A program made the translations under genes and the position numbers. 64,000 nucleotides of DNA, taken from positions 62,994,001 through 63,058,000 of the forward strand of contig NC_087437.1 of the NCBI RefSeq assembly GCF_036321535.1. The letters run 5' to 3'. Source of the DNA: Camelus dromedarius (taxonomy: Eukaryota). This document shows positions 24,901 to 38,235 of the stretch, piece by piece (within the stretch, counting starts at the first letter, position 1; the number at the start of each line of letters is the position of its first letter). The notes below the pieces were generated by a model that made no database searches, was not told where the DNA came from, and saw nothing but the letters and a program-made list of their open reading frames with translations.

Positions 24901-27414
24901 AAAGGGACAGACCCATCTCCTTTTCACTGATCATACTGCAAAGGTGGCAGAAGCGTCCTCCCCAGGCCAGGCGAGGAGACCCATCACTTTGTCGGACAGG
25001 GATGGCTTTTTCATCTTCACCTCCAGCGAGGCAGAGGGGAGTCCCTGAAGAGCTGTCTCATCTCTACAAGGAATGAGTCCTGGGCACAGGGTTCTCAATT
25101 CCATTCTGCCCAACAGGGCTGCAGCTTTTAAATTCTCATCATGAAGATGGAAGTTGTGATCTGTCAGAGCATCACAGAAAGTGAGTCCAACCCCCACACA
25201 TGGGCCACTTTCCTGAAAGGGGCTCAGTGCTCTAGACAAGCCCTGGAGAGCTTGACTCTCCAAATCCGGAAGTCCAGGGAGGGAGGTCGGGCAGATAACT
25301 GACCGAGGGCCAAGTTCTCAGCAAAATCATTTGGGTCAAATGAAAACTGAATGTTCAATCAAAATGTGAAATACAAAATATATAAACAGTATAGCTTCAG
25401 CTGAGAAAACCATTATGCATACTAGCGCAGCCCACCAAAGATTACTGCATGCTGTTCTGTATGAGATCTGCCTGGTGCGGGGGAGTTTTCACTAGGGTCT
25501 TTTTCTCAGCTCAGTTCTCCTGTGCACAGAGAAGCTTTTTAAAAAATAATTTATATATATATTACTATTAAGGGAAAATGCTCTTAAAACTGTACAGAGG
25601 AAATATATAGTATTTTATCCCCCAGCCCCTTCCCTCCCCCTGAAATTAACACATCAAAACATCAAATGCTATGGGTAATGGAGCAAAGGCGGAATTTATG
25701 TTCAAACTTCTACTTCTGTCAAATTCTTTCTCTTTATTGAGACACAAATGTTGTTTCTAGTTTTTGTTTGTTTGTTTTTTTTTCTCTATAAGTAATGCTA
25801 GGGGGTGCAGGGTATTTTTAATTTTAATAGATTTGGTATTTAAAATATTTTTTAGTTTTAAGAATTATTTTGATGTATCTTTAGTTTTAACAGATTTGGT
25901 AAGGTTACATTCCACAAAAGTTGTAATTACTCAAATGTCCCCTTATCTTTTTACTTTGGTAAAGCACTTTTTTTCACAAGTAAAGTAGAATTTAGGTACA
26001 AGCAAAATAGGCAAGTTTTAGTGAGCAAATTAGGCTTCAATAAGGGGAGAAATATAAACACATTTTATTTAATGTTTTCTAGAAGCCAAGTCCATGTAAC
26101 AATTTCATTTTATAGTTAGAAAAAAAGTAATAAAACACAGATATTTCTTGAATCCACCTAGTAGGTGCTTAAAAAAAATCTATTAAATCAATCAAGTATT
26201 ATGTTCAAAGTAACAAAAAGGCAAACTGAGACTAGACCCAGGTCTCCTGAAGCCTAATCTACATGACCCCTCTGCTTGAACTACCTTTTACTCATGTCCT
26301 AGAGGTAATATTAATTTCAGGTTTTGTTTTGTAACACTTAAAGATAGCCATGAGGAGAAGTATTTGGATATTTTCCCGCACAGCTTTCAGAGGCTTCATG
26401 CCAAAGCAATGGAAAAAGCTGAACCTCATCTCTTTTTTTCCAGATTAATAATACCATATGTATTGTTTACATCTTTGCTAGTATCAAACCCACTTTGGGT
26501 CCTGAAGCTGTTAACACATCAGCCTATGATTAATTAGTTGAACATTACCATGTAAACCTGCTGATCCCACCTCGAAACATATGGACACTGGGATGGTAAC
26601 ATCTGGAATAAGAACTGTCCATGCTTGAAACTCTACTACAACAGCTATGAGATGTGGTGAGCTCTCAACGAAACCTCGAACTTCTGTCTCCCTCAAACCA
26701 CAGGGTGCCCTCTAGGGGGCCAAATAGGGCAGCTGATGGATGACTATCTGGTCAGGGCTGGCAAAACAGTAGGTCAAACCATGTGGAAGCCATCTGTCAC
26801 TGTCGGGAGGAGAGAGCAAAAGAGTTGGAATAGCCCTGGTGATCAACAAAGATAACATTGGCCCGTGAATCCCTCTGTCTCTCGCCTGGCTTGCTATAGC
26901 AATGTTTCCTCCAGTAATTGCTTCACAAACCATTAAGCAGCCATGAAAACAAGCGCCTGGCCATATGTCTGAGGGCCAAGGAGACCCAGAAGCAGATTTA
27001 AGTAAAAGAGGAAACCTACTCTTTCCTTTCTCAGCCCTGAGTGAAACTTCCTTAAAAGGGTGAGCGTCTTTGTGTGAGGCATTATTGTGGGATTGAAAGG
27101 GCAGCGAGGGATGGGTACAGCTGGAATCAGATTCAGGGACATCAGCAGGGAAAGAGGTGGAAACAATGCAGCTCTTCTGGGTTAGGCTGCAGTAATTTCA
27201 GGCTGCCTTAAAGGTTGGAATCAGAGGCTATAAAACTTCATGGAAACATGTTCACTGATAGTTTATCCTCCACATCTTTCTCTGTTCTCTTGGCTATTCA
27301 GAGCTTGGTGCATGGCATCAGCACAACCTGTGAACTGCTTAGAGCTCTGAAGATGGGAACTGTGAGAGGCTGTCCCGAACAAGGAGAACTACTTCTTCTA
27401 GCACTCTGGACCCT

Positions 27415-27640
27415 GACAATGATAAGAGCTGAATATTTGCCAAGCATAGCATCATGCCAAATGTTATGTTTAAAACCCATGATCACATTTCATCCTCACA
27501 ACATCCCTGGCATAGGTACTATCACTAGCCTCCATCTACAGAAGAGGTGGTAAAGCTCTACAAAATTGAAATAACTTGCCCATGATCTCACAACTAGGAA
27601 GGAAACACAGAGCCAGGGTTAGCATCGAGTGCTCATGCTT
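27415..27640 (-). mobile_element. MIR SINE
   Basis: tttcatcctcacaacatccct...aaataacttgcccatgatctcacaactagga. Confidence 0.75.
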
Positions 27641-28069
27641 TTTCCCACTATGATGTTTTACTTTGCCATAGATGTGAAAGCAGTTGGGCTGGCCAAGGAA
27701 GTCCCTCAAGAGAGAGGGGAGATGACGGAGAGGAATTTCTCCCAAAGGTTCAAAAACTCATATCCCAGAGAAATAGGGCTCTTGGAGAGAGAATTCAATA
27801 AGAATTTCTTCATCTTGAAGCCTTCCCACTGGGGACCTTGACTTGCCCTTGGAATTCCCAGAACAGCTTAGATTGGAATGGGCAGGGCCTGGCAGGTGGA
27901 CTTTTCTTGTCTTTTCCCTTCTTGGAGGAATAAACCTATAAACCCAAGGCCAGTCACCCTGAGAAGGCCTCTGTCTCCAAAGAACCATAGAAAAGCTCAG
28001 GATTAAGGCAACTCTTTGCCCCTCTAATTCATGTCTTGCTTTATTGTTGGAGACTTCAATCTGCCATTT

Positions 28070-28815
28070 TATTTGTTTATTCAACCATTCATTCAGCAAT
28101 GTAAGGCACTGTGCAAGCTGGGAACAAGACAGACCAAATTCCTATGCTCATGGAGCTTACATTTTAGTAGAAGAGACAGAAAATAAAGTAGTATCTACTA
28201 TATATTTCTTATTTCAGTGCTATATAAAATATAGCTGGAAAAGGATAGAGCATGATAGGGTTGGGGAAGTGCAAATTAAGGTAGAGAAGTCACGGCAGGC
28301 TGATCCCTAAAATCGAAGGTGACACCTGAGTTTAGCCCTGAATGAAGTAAGAGAACTAACAGAGAGAGATTCCAGGTAGAGGAAACAGCAGGGTCAAAGA
28401 CCATGAGGAATGACCTTGGAGCGTTCAAAAAATAGCAAGAAGCCCAGGGAGACTGGAGCATATGAGTAGGTGGTGGAGGATGACATTGGAGGGGTAACTG
28501 GGGTCCAGACCACGTAGAGTCTTGTAAGCCATGGCAAGGGACGTCAGCTGAGAATGAAAAGAAGACATTAAATCATTTTGAGCAGAGAAGTGACATGATG
28601 TGATGTACCTTACTTTTGGCAGCATTGCTGGGGCTGTTGTGTTGAGGATGGACTGTAAAGGAACAAAGGTGGAAGCAGGGGGACCAGATAGGAGCCACTA
28701 CAACAGTGCAAGCAGGAGCAGAGGCAGCTTGGATCAGGGCTGTGGCAGCAGAGGTGGTAACAAGTGGCCAGATTCTGGGCATACTTTGAAGGGAACTGAA
28801 AGTACTTGCTGATGG
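28070..28815 (-). mobile_element. L2 LINE 3' part
   Basis: ttattcaaccattcattcagc...ctcatggagcttacattttagt...ttttgagcagagaagtgacatga...ggcagcttggatcagggc. Confidence 0.85.
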
Positions 28816-31229
28816 AAATCCTTTAGCTCTTCCTCATTTCTGGGCCTCTAGTTGTGTCATGAACTCTGACCTGTGTGGTTGCACTGCTCCCTTCTCATCT
28901 GTCTATCTGGTCCTGACCTCTCAGTTCTTGAATCTTCTGATTTGTAAACGTCTTGCCTGTGATCAGTCTCTGTCCCTCGTCTGGTGCTCCTGGTTGGCTA
29001 CCAGCCATGCCCCAGAATGGCACATGCAACGTTGCTGCTACTTGTTACCATCCACATTTCATACTGTGTCGTGCTTTACAGCTTAAGCCCTTTCGTGTGC
29101 ATTATCTCATCTGACGTGCTAGGTTTCACAGACCATTTCATGCTTTTTATTTGGCTGCAGGAGATCACAGAGAAGAAGCACGAGTCAGCTTTGGCAGAAT
29201 TTCAGACAAATTAACTCCTTGGCAGCTGCAGACCTGGTAAGGAGCAGGCACTGGCTGCATGTGAGTATGCTAAAGTGTGCAGGTAAACTGAGCTACAGGC
29301 TCAGGGGGTAAACACTCAGAGGGCACAGCAAATACCTTGAGGGCATGGGACATGCTGACAGATGGCCCCAAGAAAAGAAGTGCCAGGGGTGTTGGGCAGA
29401 GAACCAGCAGTGGGGCAGAGGAGGGAAATCTGGGGCCTGGAGCAAGTGAATGATCAGGAGAGAAAGCTGAACCAGGCCAGTGTCAGAAATCTGAGTGGTC
29501 AGCCAAGCCCTGCAGGTCATCTCAGAAAAGCCCTTCTGAAGGGACCCTGGCCAGGGGACTGGGCAGCAGGTGAGTGGAGCCAGCATTGTATATGAGAGTG
29601 ATACTGAGTGATGCAGAGTGATCTTTTGCCCGTGCCAAGGAGCTTCCCTGGGTTTCTGGTTTGAATAGAAGCCAGCCCCCAAAACGTGGCTGATGAGAGA
29701 CTGGTGAGTAAAGGTAAATAGGGTACCTAGAGAGGCTGGAGTAGGGAGTAAGGAACAGGGAGTAAAGACAGACACTCTTTCTCTCTGGATACTCCAGACC
29801 TTGAAGGGAAGTCCTCCAACTCCACAGGCTAATTATTCAATAGCTACATAGTTTGACCCCAGGGTTCATGTCAGCTGGCTTATTTTCTTCGCCTGGTCCA
29901 GTGATTCTCAGTCTGACTCTCCATCTCACCCAGGTTTCCTGGGCTACATCCCAGCACAGCTAAATCAGAGTTGAGGGCAGTGCGGCCCAGATGTGGTGTT
30001 TTTCAAAGCCCCTCAGGTAACTCTAGCGGGCAGTCAGGAAGAAGGGCTGCTGCCTACACACGTGCACCTGCTTCACCGCGCTTAATTCAAAGCACACTCC
30101 TTTCTCCTTAGGACAAGTCTAATCCTGACAACGGTGCCAAGAGCAAGGAAAAATAAATGGGTCCTGAGCAGATCAGAAAATAAATCTAATCCTCCTACTG
30201 AGTTGGAAGAAAAGGGAAATTCCACCCACCAGGCTGTTTGTAGAGATATAAACACTGCATCCTGTTCAACTTGATTAGCAAGAATAGGTCTGGTTGGTGA
30301 TACACGTGGTATTTTATAAGTGCTGGTTTCCTCAGAAGGCCTGCCTCAGGGAATCTCAGTGTTAACAGCAAACACTGGATCACACTCATCCTGTTCAAGG
30401 AAGGACACCTTTTAATGGCTGTCCTTCCATCTTTAAGATAAGAACTTCAGAAACAAAGATGCTTAGGGTCAGGTGGAACTTAAAAGATCATCCAGTCCAG
30501 TAGTTCCTGGACTTTACTGTGCATCACCTGGGGACCCTGTAAGCAACCTGGTTCCCGGGCCCATCCCTGATGGAAACCATTGCTCTCTTTCACTTCCTTC
30601 CAATGGCTGTTCAGCTTCTGTTGGAGTGACGTCCTGCAGGCCTCCCTCAAAACTAAAGGCCATGCCTTACCAGTTTTGTGTCCTTGCTCCCACTCTCTGC
30701 TCCAGGTTGGTGACAGATGCTGTGGCAAACTTAACATCTTTATTCATTCAACAAACATTTATTAGACACCAATTAGGTGCCAGGCATTTTTATAGGCCCT
30801 GGAGATACGGATGTGAATGAAACAGACAAAGCTCTACCCTGAGGAGCTTATATCCTAGTAGGTAAAATTTTCTTCACATTAGGTACATGAATTTAAGGAT
30901 GGCTAAACTACAAGCTCCTTGAATACAGCTTTGTGTCTTGTGAATCTTGCTGTTCTCAGTGTCTAGCAAAGGGCAAAGAGAATGCAACAGCAAAAGTTTG
31001 TTGAATACACCAACAAGAGAGTGTCAAGCAGTACACCCAAATCCTCCCAACTCAGCTTTGCTAACGCCACCATGGCGACTGTCCATGCTCTGCCATGGTC
31101 GTTCCCTTTGACTTTAAGAAGATTATATCTTAAAGGTAGTGGGAACCCATTTACAAAACATTCACTCTCCAGTTGTCTTTTTCTCCTCTTTCTCCTTCTC
31201 CTCCTCCTCCCCCTCCTCCCCCTCTTCTT

Positions 31230-34200
31230 CTTAACAGTTTTATTGAGATATAATTCACATTTAAATTTAATATATACAACTCAATGATTTTAGGCATAAT
31301 AGTATTTAGTATACAGATATGTACAACCAACATCACATTTTTACATTTTATCATCCAAAGAAATCCTGTTCCCTTTCCTTTCCTATTATTCCTCTATCTC
31401 CCAGCCATCCCAGGCCTACCACTTTCTGGCTCTATAAGTTTGCCTATTCTAGACTTTTCATATAAATGGAATCATATAAACATGTAGTCTTTGATGACTG
31501 GATTCTTTCACTTTGTAAAGTGGTTTTCAAGGTTTGTCCATGTTCTAGCATGTATCAGCACTTCATTCCTTTTTTGTGGCCAAATAATATCCTATTGCAT
31601 GTATATACCACATTCTGTTCAGCTGTTCATCAGTTGATGGACGTTTGGGTTATTTCCATCTTTTGGCTATTATTAATGTTTCTATAAACATTTGTGTACA
31701 ATGTATACACATTCTGTATGGACATATGTTTTCATTTCTCTTGAGTATATACATAGGAGTTGAATCACTGGGTCACAGGGTAACTCAATGTTTAACCGTT
31801 TGAGGAACTGCCAGACTGTATTCCAAAGTGGCCACGCCATGTTACACTGCCTCAAGCAGTGTATGAGGGTTCTGATTTCTCGAGATCCTCACCAAGATTT
31901 GTTATTATCTGACTTTTTGATTACAGCCATTCTAATGGATGTGAAAAGGTAGCTAATTGTGGCTTTGATTTGAATGTCCCTCACGACTAACATCTTTTCA
32001 TGTACTTCCAAGCATCTTTCCATGCACTTATTGACCATTTATATTATCTTCTTTGGAGAAATGTCTATTCAGATTTTTTGTCTATTTTTCAGTTGGGTTA
32101 TTTGTATTTTTGTTATTGAGCTCTGAGCGTTCTTTATTCTCCTTTACATATTCTTGGTCCTAGATACAAGTCTCCTATCAGATAAATGATTTGCCAGTAT
32201 TTTCTCCCATTCTTTGGGTTGCCTTTTCACTTTCTAGATTATACATTTTAAAGCACAAATTTTTAAAATTTTGATGAAGTCTAATTTATTCATTTTTTAT
32301 TTTAATTTCAGTATGAGGTTAGGATCCAACTTCATTCTTTTGCATGTGGATATCCAGTTGCCCCAGTGCTATTTGTTGAAAAGACAGTTCTTTCCACATT
32401 GAATGGTCATGGTGTCCTTGTCAAAAATCAGTTGACCACAGACATATGGGTTTATTTATGGACTATCAATTCTCTTCCATTGATCTTTATGTCTATACTT
32501 ATGCCAGTACCACACTGTCTTACTCACTGTTGCTTTGCGGTAAGTTTTGAGGTCAGGAAATATGAGTCCTCCAACTCTGTTCTTTTTAAAGATTATTTTG
32601 GTTATTCTGGGTCCCTTGCAATTCGAAATGAATTTTAGAATTCTGCTTGCCAGCTTATACAAAGAAGCCAGGCAGGATTCTGAGAGACATGTGCTGAATC
32701 TGTAGATCGATTTGGGGGAGCACTGCCATCTTAACAATATTTAAGTCTTCTACTCCATGAATATGAGATGTTTTCCCCTTTATTTAGATCTTTAATTTCT
32801 TTCAACAACATTTTCAGAGTACAAGTTTTACACTTCTTTTGTTAAATTTTTCTCAAGTATTTTATTCTTTATGACGTTATTATAAATGGAGTGGTTTTCT
32901 TAATTTCATTTTCAGATAGTTCATAGTAAGTGTGTAGAAATACAATTGATTTTTATATATTGATTATTTATCCTGAACCTTGCTGAACTCATTTATTATC
33001 TCTAATAGCTGAACTCATTTATTAGCTCTAATAGTTTCATAGTAAATGCCTTAGGATTTTCCATAGACAATTCCATGACATCTGAGAATAGAGGTAGTTT
33101 TACTTCTTCCTTTCTAATCTGAGTGCCTTTTCTTTTTCCTGAAAAACTGCCCTGGCTAGAACCTTCAACATTAATTAGAAGTGGCAAGAGTAAACATCCT
33201 TGTCTTGTTCCTGATCTTAAGAAGAAAGTATCTTGTCTTTCACAGTGAAGCATGGTGTTAGCTGTGGGTTTTTCCCCACGGCTGACAGGTGCCCTTCTGA
33301 TAGGTGCCTTTAATCAGATTGAGAAAGTTCTCTACTGTTTCCAATTTGTTGAATGCTTTTATTATAAAAGGATATTGGATTTTGTCAGATAGTTTTCTAG
33401 ATCTTTTGTGATAATCATGTGGTTTTTGTTTTTTATTTTACCAAGCAACCTCACAATTCTAGGATAATTCCTAATTGGATGTGATATATAACCCTTTCTA
33501 TACGTTGCTAGATTTGGTTTGTTGCTAGCATTTTGTTGGAAATTTTTGCATCCATATCATAAGCAATAGTGATCAGTAGCTTTATTTACTTGTGTGATGT
33601 TTCTGTTCAGATTTTCTTATCAGAGTAATATTCGCCTCATAGAATGAGTTGGGAATGTTCTCTCCTTTTCTGTTTTTTGGAAAAGCTTCTGAAAAACTAG
33701 TATTAATTCCTTAAACACTTTATAGAATTCACTGGTGAAGCCATCTGGGCTGGGCTTTTGTCCATTTCACCTAAGTTATCTAATTTATTGGTATACAATT
33801 ATCTATAGTATTCATTATAATCTTTTTTATTTCTGTAAGGTAGGTAGTAATGGCCTCTCTTCCATTTCTGATTCTAGTAATTTTTTTTCTTAATCATTCT
33901 AGCTAAAAGTTTGTCAGTCTTTTCAAAGAATCAGCTTTTGGTTCCACTAATTTTTCTCTACTGTTTTTCTGTACTTCATTTCGTTAATTTCCATTCTGAT
34001 CTTTATTATTTCCTTCCGTGTGCTTGTTTTAAGTTTAGTTTGCTCTTATTTTTTCAGTGCTTTAAGGTAGAAGATTAAGTTATTAACTTGGGGGATTTTT
34101 TTCTTTTTTAATACAGGTATTTACAGCTAAAAATTTCTAAGTATTGCTTTAGCTGCAGCCCAAAAGTTTTGATATGCTATGTCTTCATTTTCATTCATCT

Positions 34201-37200
34201 CAAAGTATATTCTAATTTCTCTTTTTATTTCTTCTTTCCTCTACTGTATATTTAGGAGTGTTATTTAATTTTCCTATATTTGTAAACTTCCCAAATTTCC
34301 TTCTGTTGATTTCTTATTTCATTACATTGTGGTCAGAGAACATACTTTCTTTATATTATTTTTAGCCTTTTTATTTACTGAGGTTTGTTTTATGGCTAAT
34401 ATATGATCTATTCTGGACAATGTTATATGTGCCCTTGAGAAGAATGTCTGGTTTTCTGTTGCTGGGTGGAGTGTTCTATAGATGTCTGTTGGGTTGATTT
34501 GGTTTATAATCTTCTATTTCCTAATATAAGTCTTCTGTTTTCTTATTGACCTTCTGCTTAGCTGTTTTATCCATTATTTAAAGTGGGGCATTGAAGCCTC
34601 TAACTATTATTGTTGAATGGTATTTCTCCCATCATTTCTGTCAGTTTTTACTTCATGAATTTTGGTGCTCTGTTGTTAGGTACATATATGTTTATAATTG
34701 TCATATCTCCCTGATGGAATAATTCTTTTATCATTACAAAATGTTCCCCTTTTTTCTCCAATAAAATGTTTTTGTTTTAAAGTCTATTTAAAAGTCTATT
34801 ATTAGTATAACCACTCTGGGCTTGTTTATGATCACTATTTTCAAAATTTTCCATCCTTTTATTTCTAATCTACTATAAGCTTTGAATCTAAAGTGTTGCT
34901 CCTGTAGACAATATATAGTTGGAGCTTGTTTTTTTTTTAAATCTAGTCTGACAATCTCTACCTTTGATTAGATTGTTTAATCCTTTCATATTTAATGTTA
35001 TTATTGATATAATCGGATTTATGTCTGCCATTTTACTTTTTTCTGTCATATGTATTTCCTTACACTTCTATTCCTTTTATACTGTTTTCTTTGGTATTAA
35101 GTGAATATAATGTAGCATTTTTATATCTTTACTAATTTTTTCACTATGTATTTTTTAGTTATTTTCTTAGCTGCTGCTCTAGGGCTTATCATGAACATTT
35201 TAACTTATCAGAATCACCTTCAGATGTATACCAATTGAATTCCAGTGAGATGAAAAAATGTTACTCCTGTATACCTTCATTATCTTACCCCACTTTTTGT
35301 GATTTATTGTTATATATATTACATCTATAAATCTATAAACCCAACATTAGATTGTTATGATGATCACTTTTTATAATTTTGTGTATTTTAAAGAAGCTGA
35401 GACAAGAAAGCAAAGCATAAGTTTATAGCTCTTGTTATATTAACCTCCTTATTTATCATTTCTGGATCTTTTCTTTTGTTCCTGTGCATTCAAGTTATCA
35501 CCCAGAGTAATTTCCTTAGCCCAACACACTTTTGCTCTGACCCACTTCTTTTGTGCTGCTGCTGAAAAATATGTTAAATTTCTATATGTTATAGGCTCAA
35601 TAATACATTATATACATATTATTTTATAAAATGGATGTTTAAATAAGAGGAAATTTGCACTTATATTTTCCTTTATAATAACATAATTACCTTTAATGGT
35701 GCTCTTTGCCTCTTTTTATGAATTCAGAGTGATGTCTGGGGTCACTTGCTTTCATCCTAAAGAACTTCCTTTATTATTTCTCATAAGGTGTGTGTGCTAG
35801 CAACACACTTCCTCAGTATTTGTTTATCTGGAAATATCTTTATTTCACTTTCATTCTTGAAGGATAGCTTTGCTGGATATAGGCTTCTTGGTTGACAGTT
35901 TTTCCCTTTGAGCACATTGAATATGTTATTTCATTTCCTTCTGAACTCCACTGTATCTGATAAGAAATCAGCTATTATTCTTATTAAAATTCCTTTGTGA
36001 CAAATCATTTTTCCCTTGCTTTCAAGATTTTCTCCCTGTTTTAAGCTTTTGGTATTTTCACTACAATGAATCTGTTTGTAGATCTCTTTCCTTTATCCAA
36101 CTTTGAGTTCCTTGAGCTTCCTGGCTGTGTAAATGAATATTTTTCAACATATTTAGGAAGATTTCAATCACAATTTAAAAAATATGTTTTCTGTTCCTTT
36201 CTATTCTCTCCTTCTAGTACTCCCATTATGCAGATGATGGTACATTTAATGATGTCCCACATTTTTCTGAGGCTCTGTTCATCTTTTCTCATTATTTGTT
36301 TTTTTCTGTTCTTCAGATTGTGTAACTTCTACTGCTCTGTCTTCAAGGTTGCTAATTCTTTCCTCTGCCAATTCACTTACTATTGACCTCCTCTAGTAAA
36401 GTTTTCATTTCAGTGACAGTATTTTCCAACTCCAGAATTTCAACATTTTTTTAATAATTTCTATTCCTTTATTGATATTCTCCATTGGATGAGACACTGT
36501 CATCATACCTTCCTTTACTTCTTCAATTGTGGTTTCCCTTAGCTTTTGTGTTTTGTTAAAACATATTTATAATGGATATTTTGAAATCTTTGTTAAATCT
36601 GACATTGGTTGCTCTTACAGGGATTTTATGCTGCTTGCTTTTTCCAGTGTGTGCTTTTTATCCATTTGTTTTTCACCCAGATCATACATTTTTGTTTCTT
36701 TGCATAGCTTGTAATTTCTTGATGGAACCTGGACATTTTAGATAATATATTGTAGCAACTCTGGGTACTGGTCCCCTATTTCTGAGGCTTGTTATTGTTA
36801 TTTGCCTGCTTATTTGTCTAGTGACTAACTGGACTATTTTAGTAAAGTCTATTTCTACTTCAGTCCCCACAATGGAAAACCTCTGATGTTGCTCCTTAGA
36901 GGGTGCAGCCTTGGGTATGCCCACATTCACTCTGGGATGGCAGTGGTCTCCACAGTCCTCACTAGATAACTTCCTTCCTTGACCATACCCTGCTGTTAAA
37001 TTTCACTGATTGCCAGCTCATTATTCTTTTGCTTTCAGCAATGCCTTGGGGCATAAATTGCTCCACAGACCTAATCAATAAATCCAAGCTCCTTTGAAGG
37101 AATAATCCTGAGGTCAGTACTTGAGATTTGTTCTGGCCTCAGAAGGTCTCTTTCTCCAGTTCTCTCTGGCAAATTAGCCCACCTACCATTTATCCTATAT

Positions 37201-38000
37201 CTTCAATAACTCTACCAATCTTCTCCCAGTTACCTCTCACCAGAACCTCCGTAAGGGAATTTTTGAGAGTGCTTTTAGCTTGAAATTCTCTACTCTGTGT
37301 TACAAATAAAGTCAGTTGCTTTGGGAAAAGATTTGCAGCTCTCTGTTTTATAGTTTGATTCCACTCCCAGACAAAATCTCTGAGCCATGACTCTGGAGCT
37401 GGGGCTCCCCTGAGTGACACCTCCAGTTGAGAAGCCAAAGACTCAGTGGAGGTGGGTGAGTAGTCTCAAGTCTTCTTGGCATAAAACCTCTGCCTTATAA
37501 GCTGGAGCAACAGCATTTGGGACCTGGGAATTCTCTGCAATGCTGCACCTATTGTATAGCCTCTGCTCCATGAGTGGGGACGAGGCAGAAGAAGGAATCC
37601 TCACCCCTTGGCCACACTCACCTAGAACTTAACTTCAGTAACAAGTAGTTTGTAACAGGATAGGAACTGCCCTATCTGGGAAGGTGGTCCTTCAACTGGG
37701 AGCTGAGGGGGAAGAGGACCCTGTGTTCTTGGTTGCACCAGTCTGGAGTAGAGTTTCCATCTCATCGAGCTGGTAGTGGGGAGGAGAGAGGTAGAAAGTG
37801 GGTCTTGGCTCAAATACCACAGAATCATTGTTCTAATCAAATTTTAGTAAATTTTCTTGAATAAATGTTTCATCATTTGCTGTATGCACTTAAGACCATT
37901 TCTAGAGAATTTAAATGGTTGTTGTTTTAAAATAACATTCACCAGTTTCTCTGGAGAGTGGGTCTGCATAGCTCCTCATGCTGTCATGCTGGAAGTGGAC
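31230..38000 (-). mobile_element. Near full-length decayed L1 (L1MB-like), same orientation as KALRN
   Basis: 3' end ttttattgagatataattcacat...; ORF2 remnants in the ORF track (LRSGTRQGCLLLPLL, GGLIFPDLKTYRKATVSKTVWYWHK); ORF1-like region ~35800-36450; 5' terminus ccacttccagcatgacagcatgaggagct on the minus strand. Confidence 0.88.
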
Positions 38001-38064
38001 TATCTTTCAGAACTTGCAATGCTTTATTTTCGGGCATGACTATTTTATACATATACATCTCTAT

Positions 38065-38235
38065 AGAACAGCAGTTCTCTAACTTTAATATGCATGTAAA
38101 TCACCCGTGAATCTTGTTAAAAATAGAGGTTCCTGGGGTGCCATCCCCCAGAGATTATGATTTGCTAGGACTGGGGAGAAAGCCAAAAAGAAATCTGCAT
38201 TCTTAGTAAGTCCACTACATGATTCTTTGGAAAAA
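38065..38235. mobile_element. MER5-type DNA transposon
   Basis: cagcagttctctaactt...aatcacc...cttgttaaaa...ccccagagattatgatt...aatctgcatt. Confidence 0.7.
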
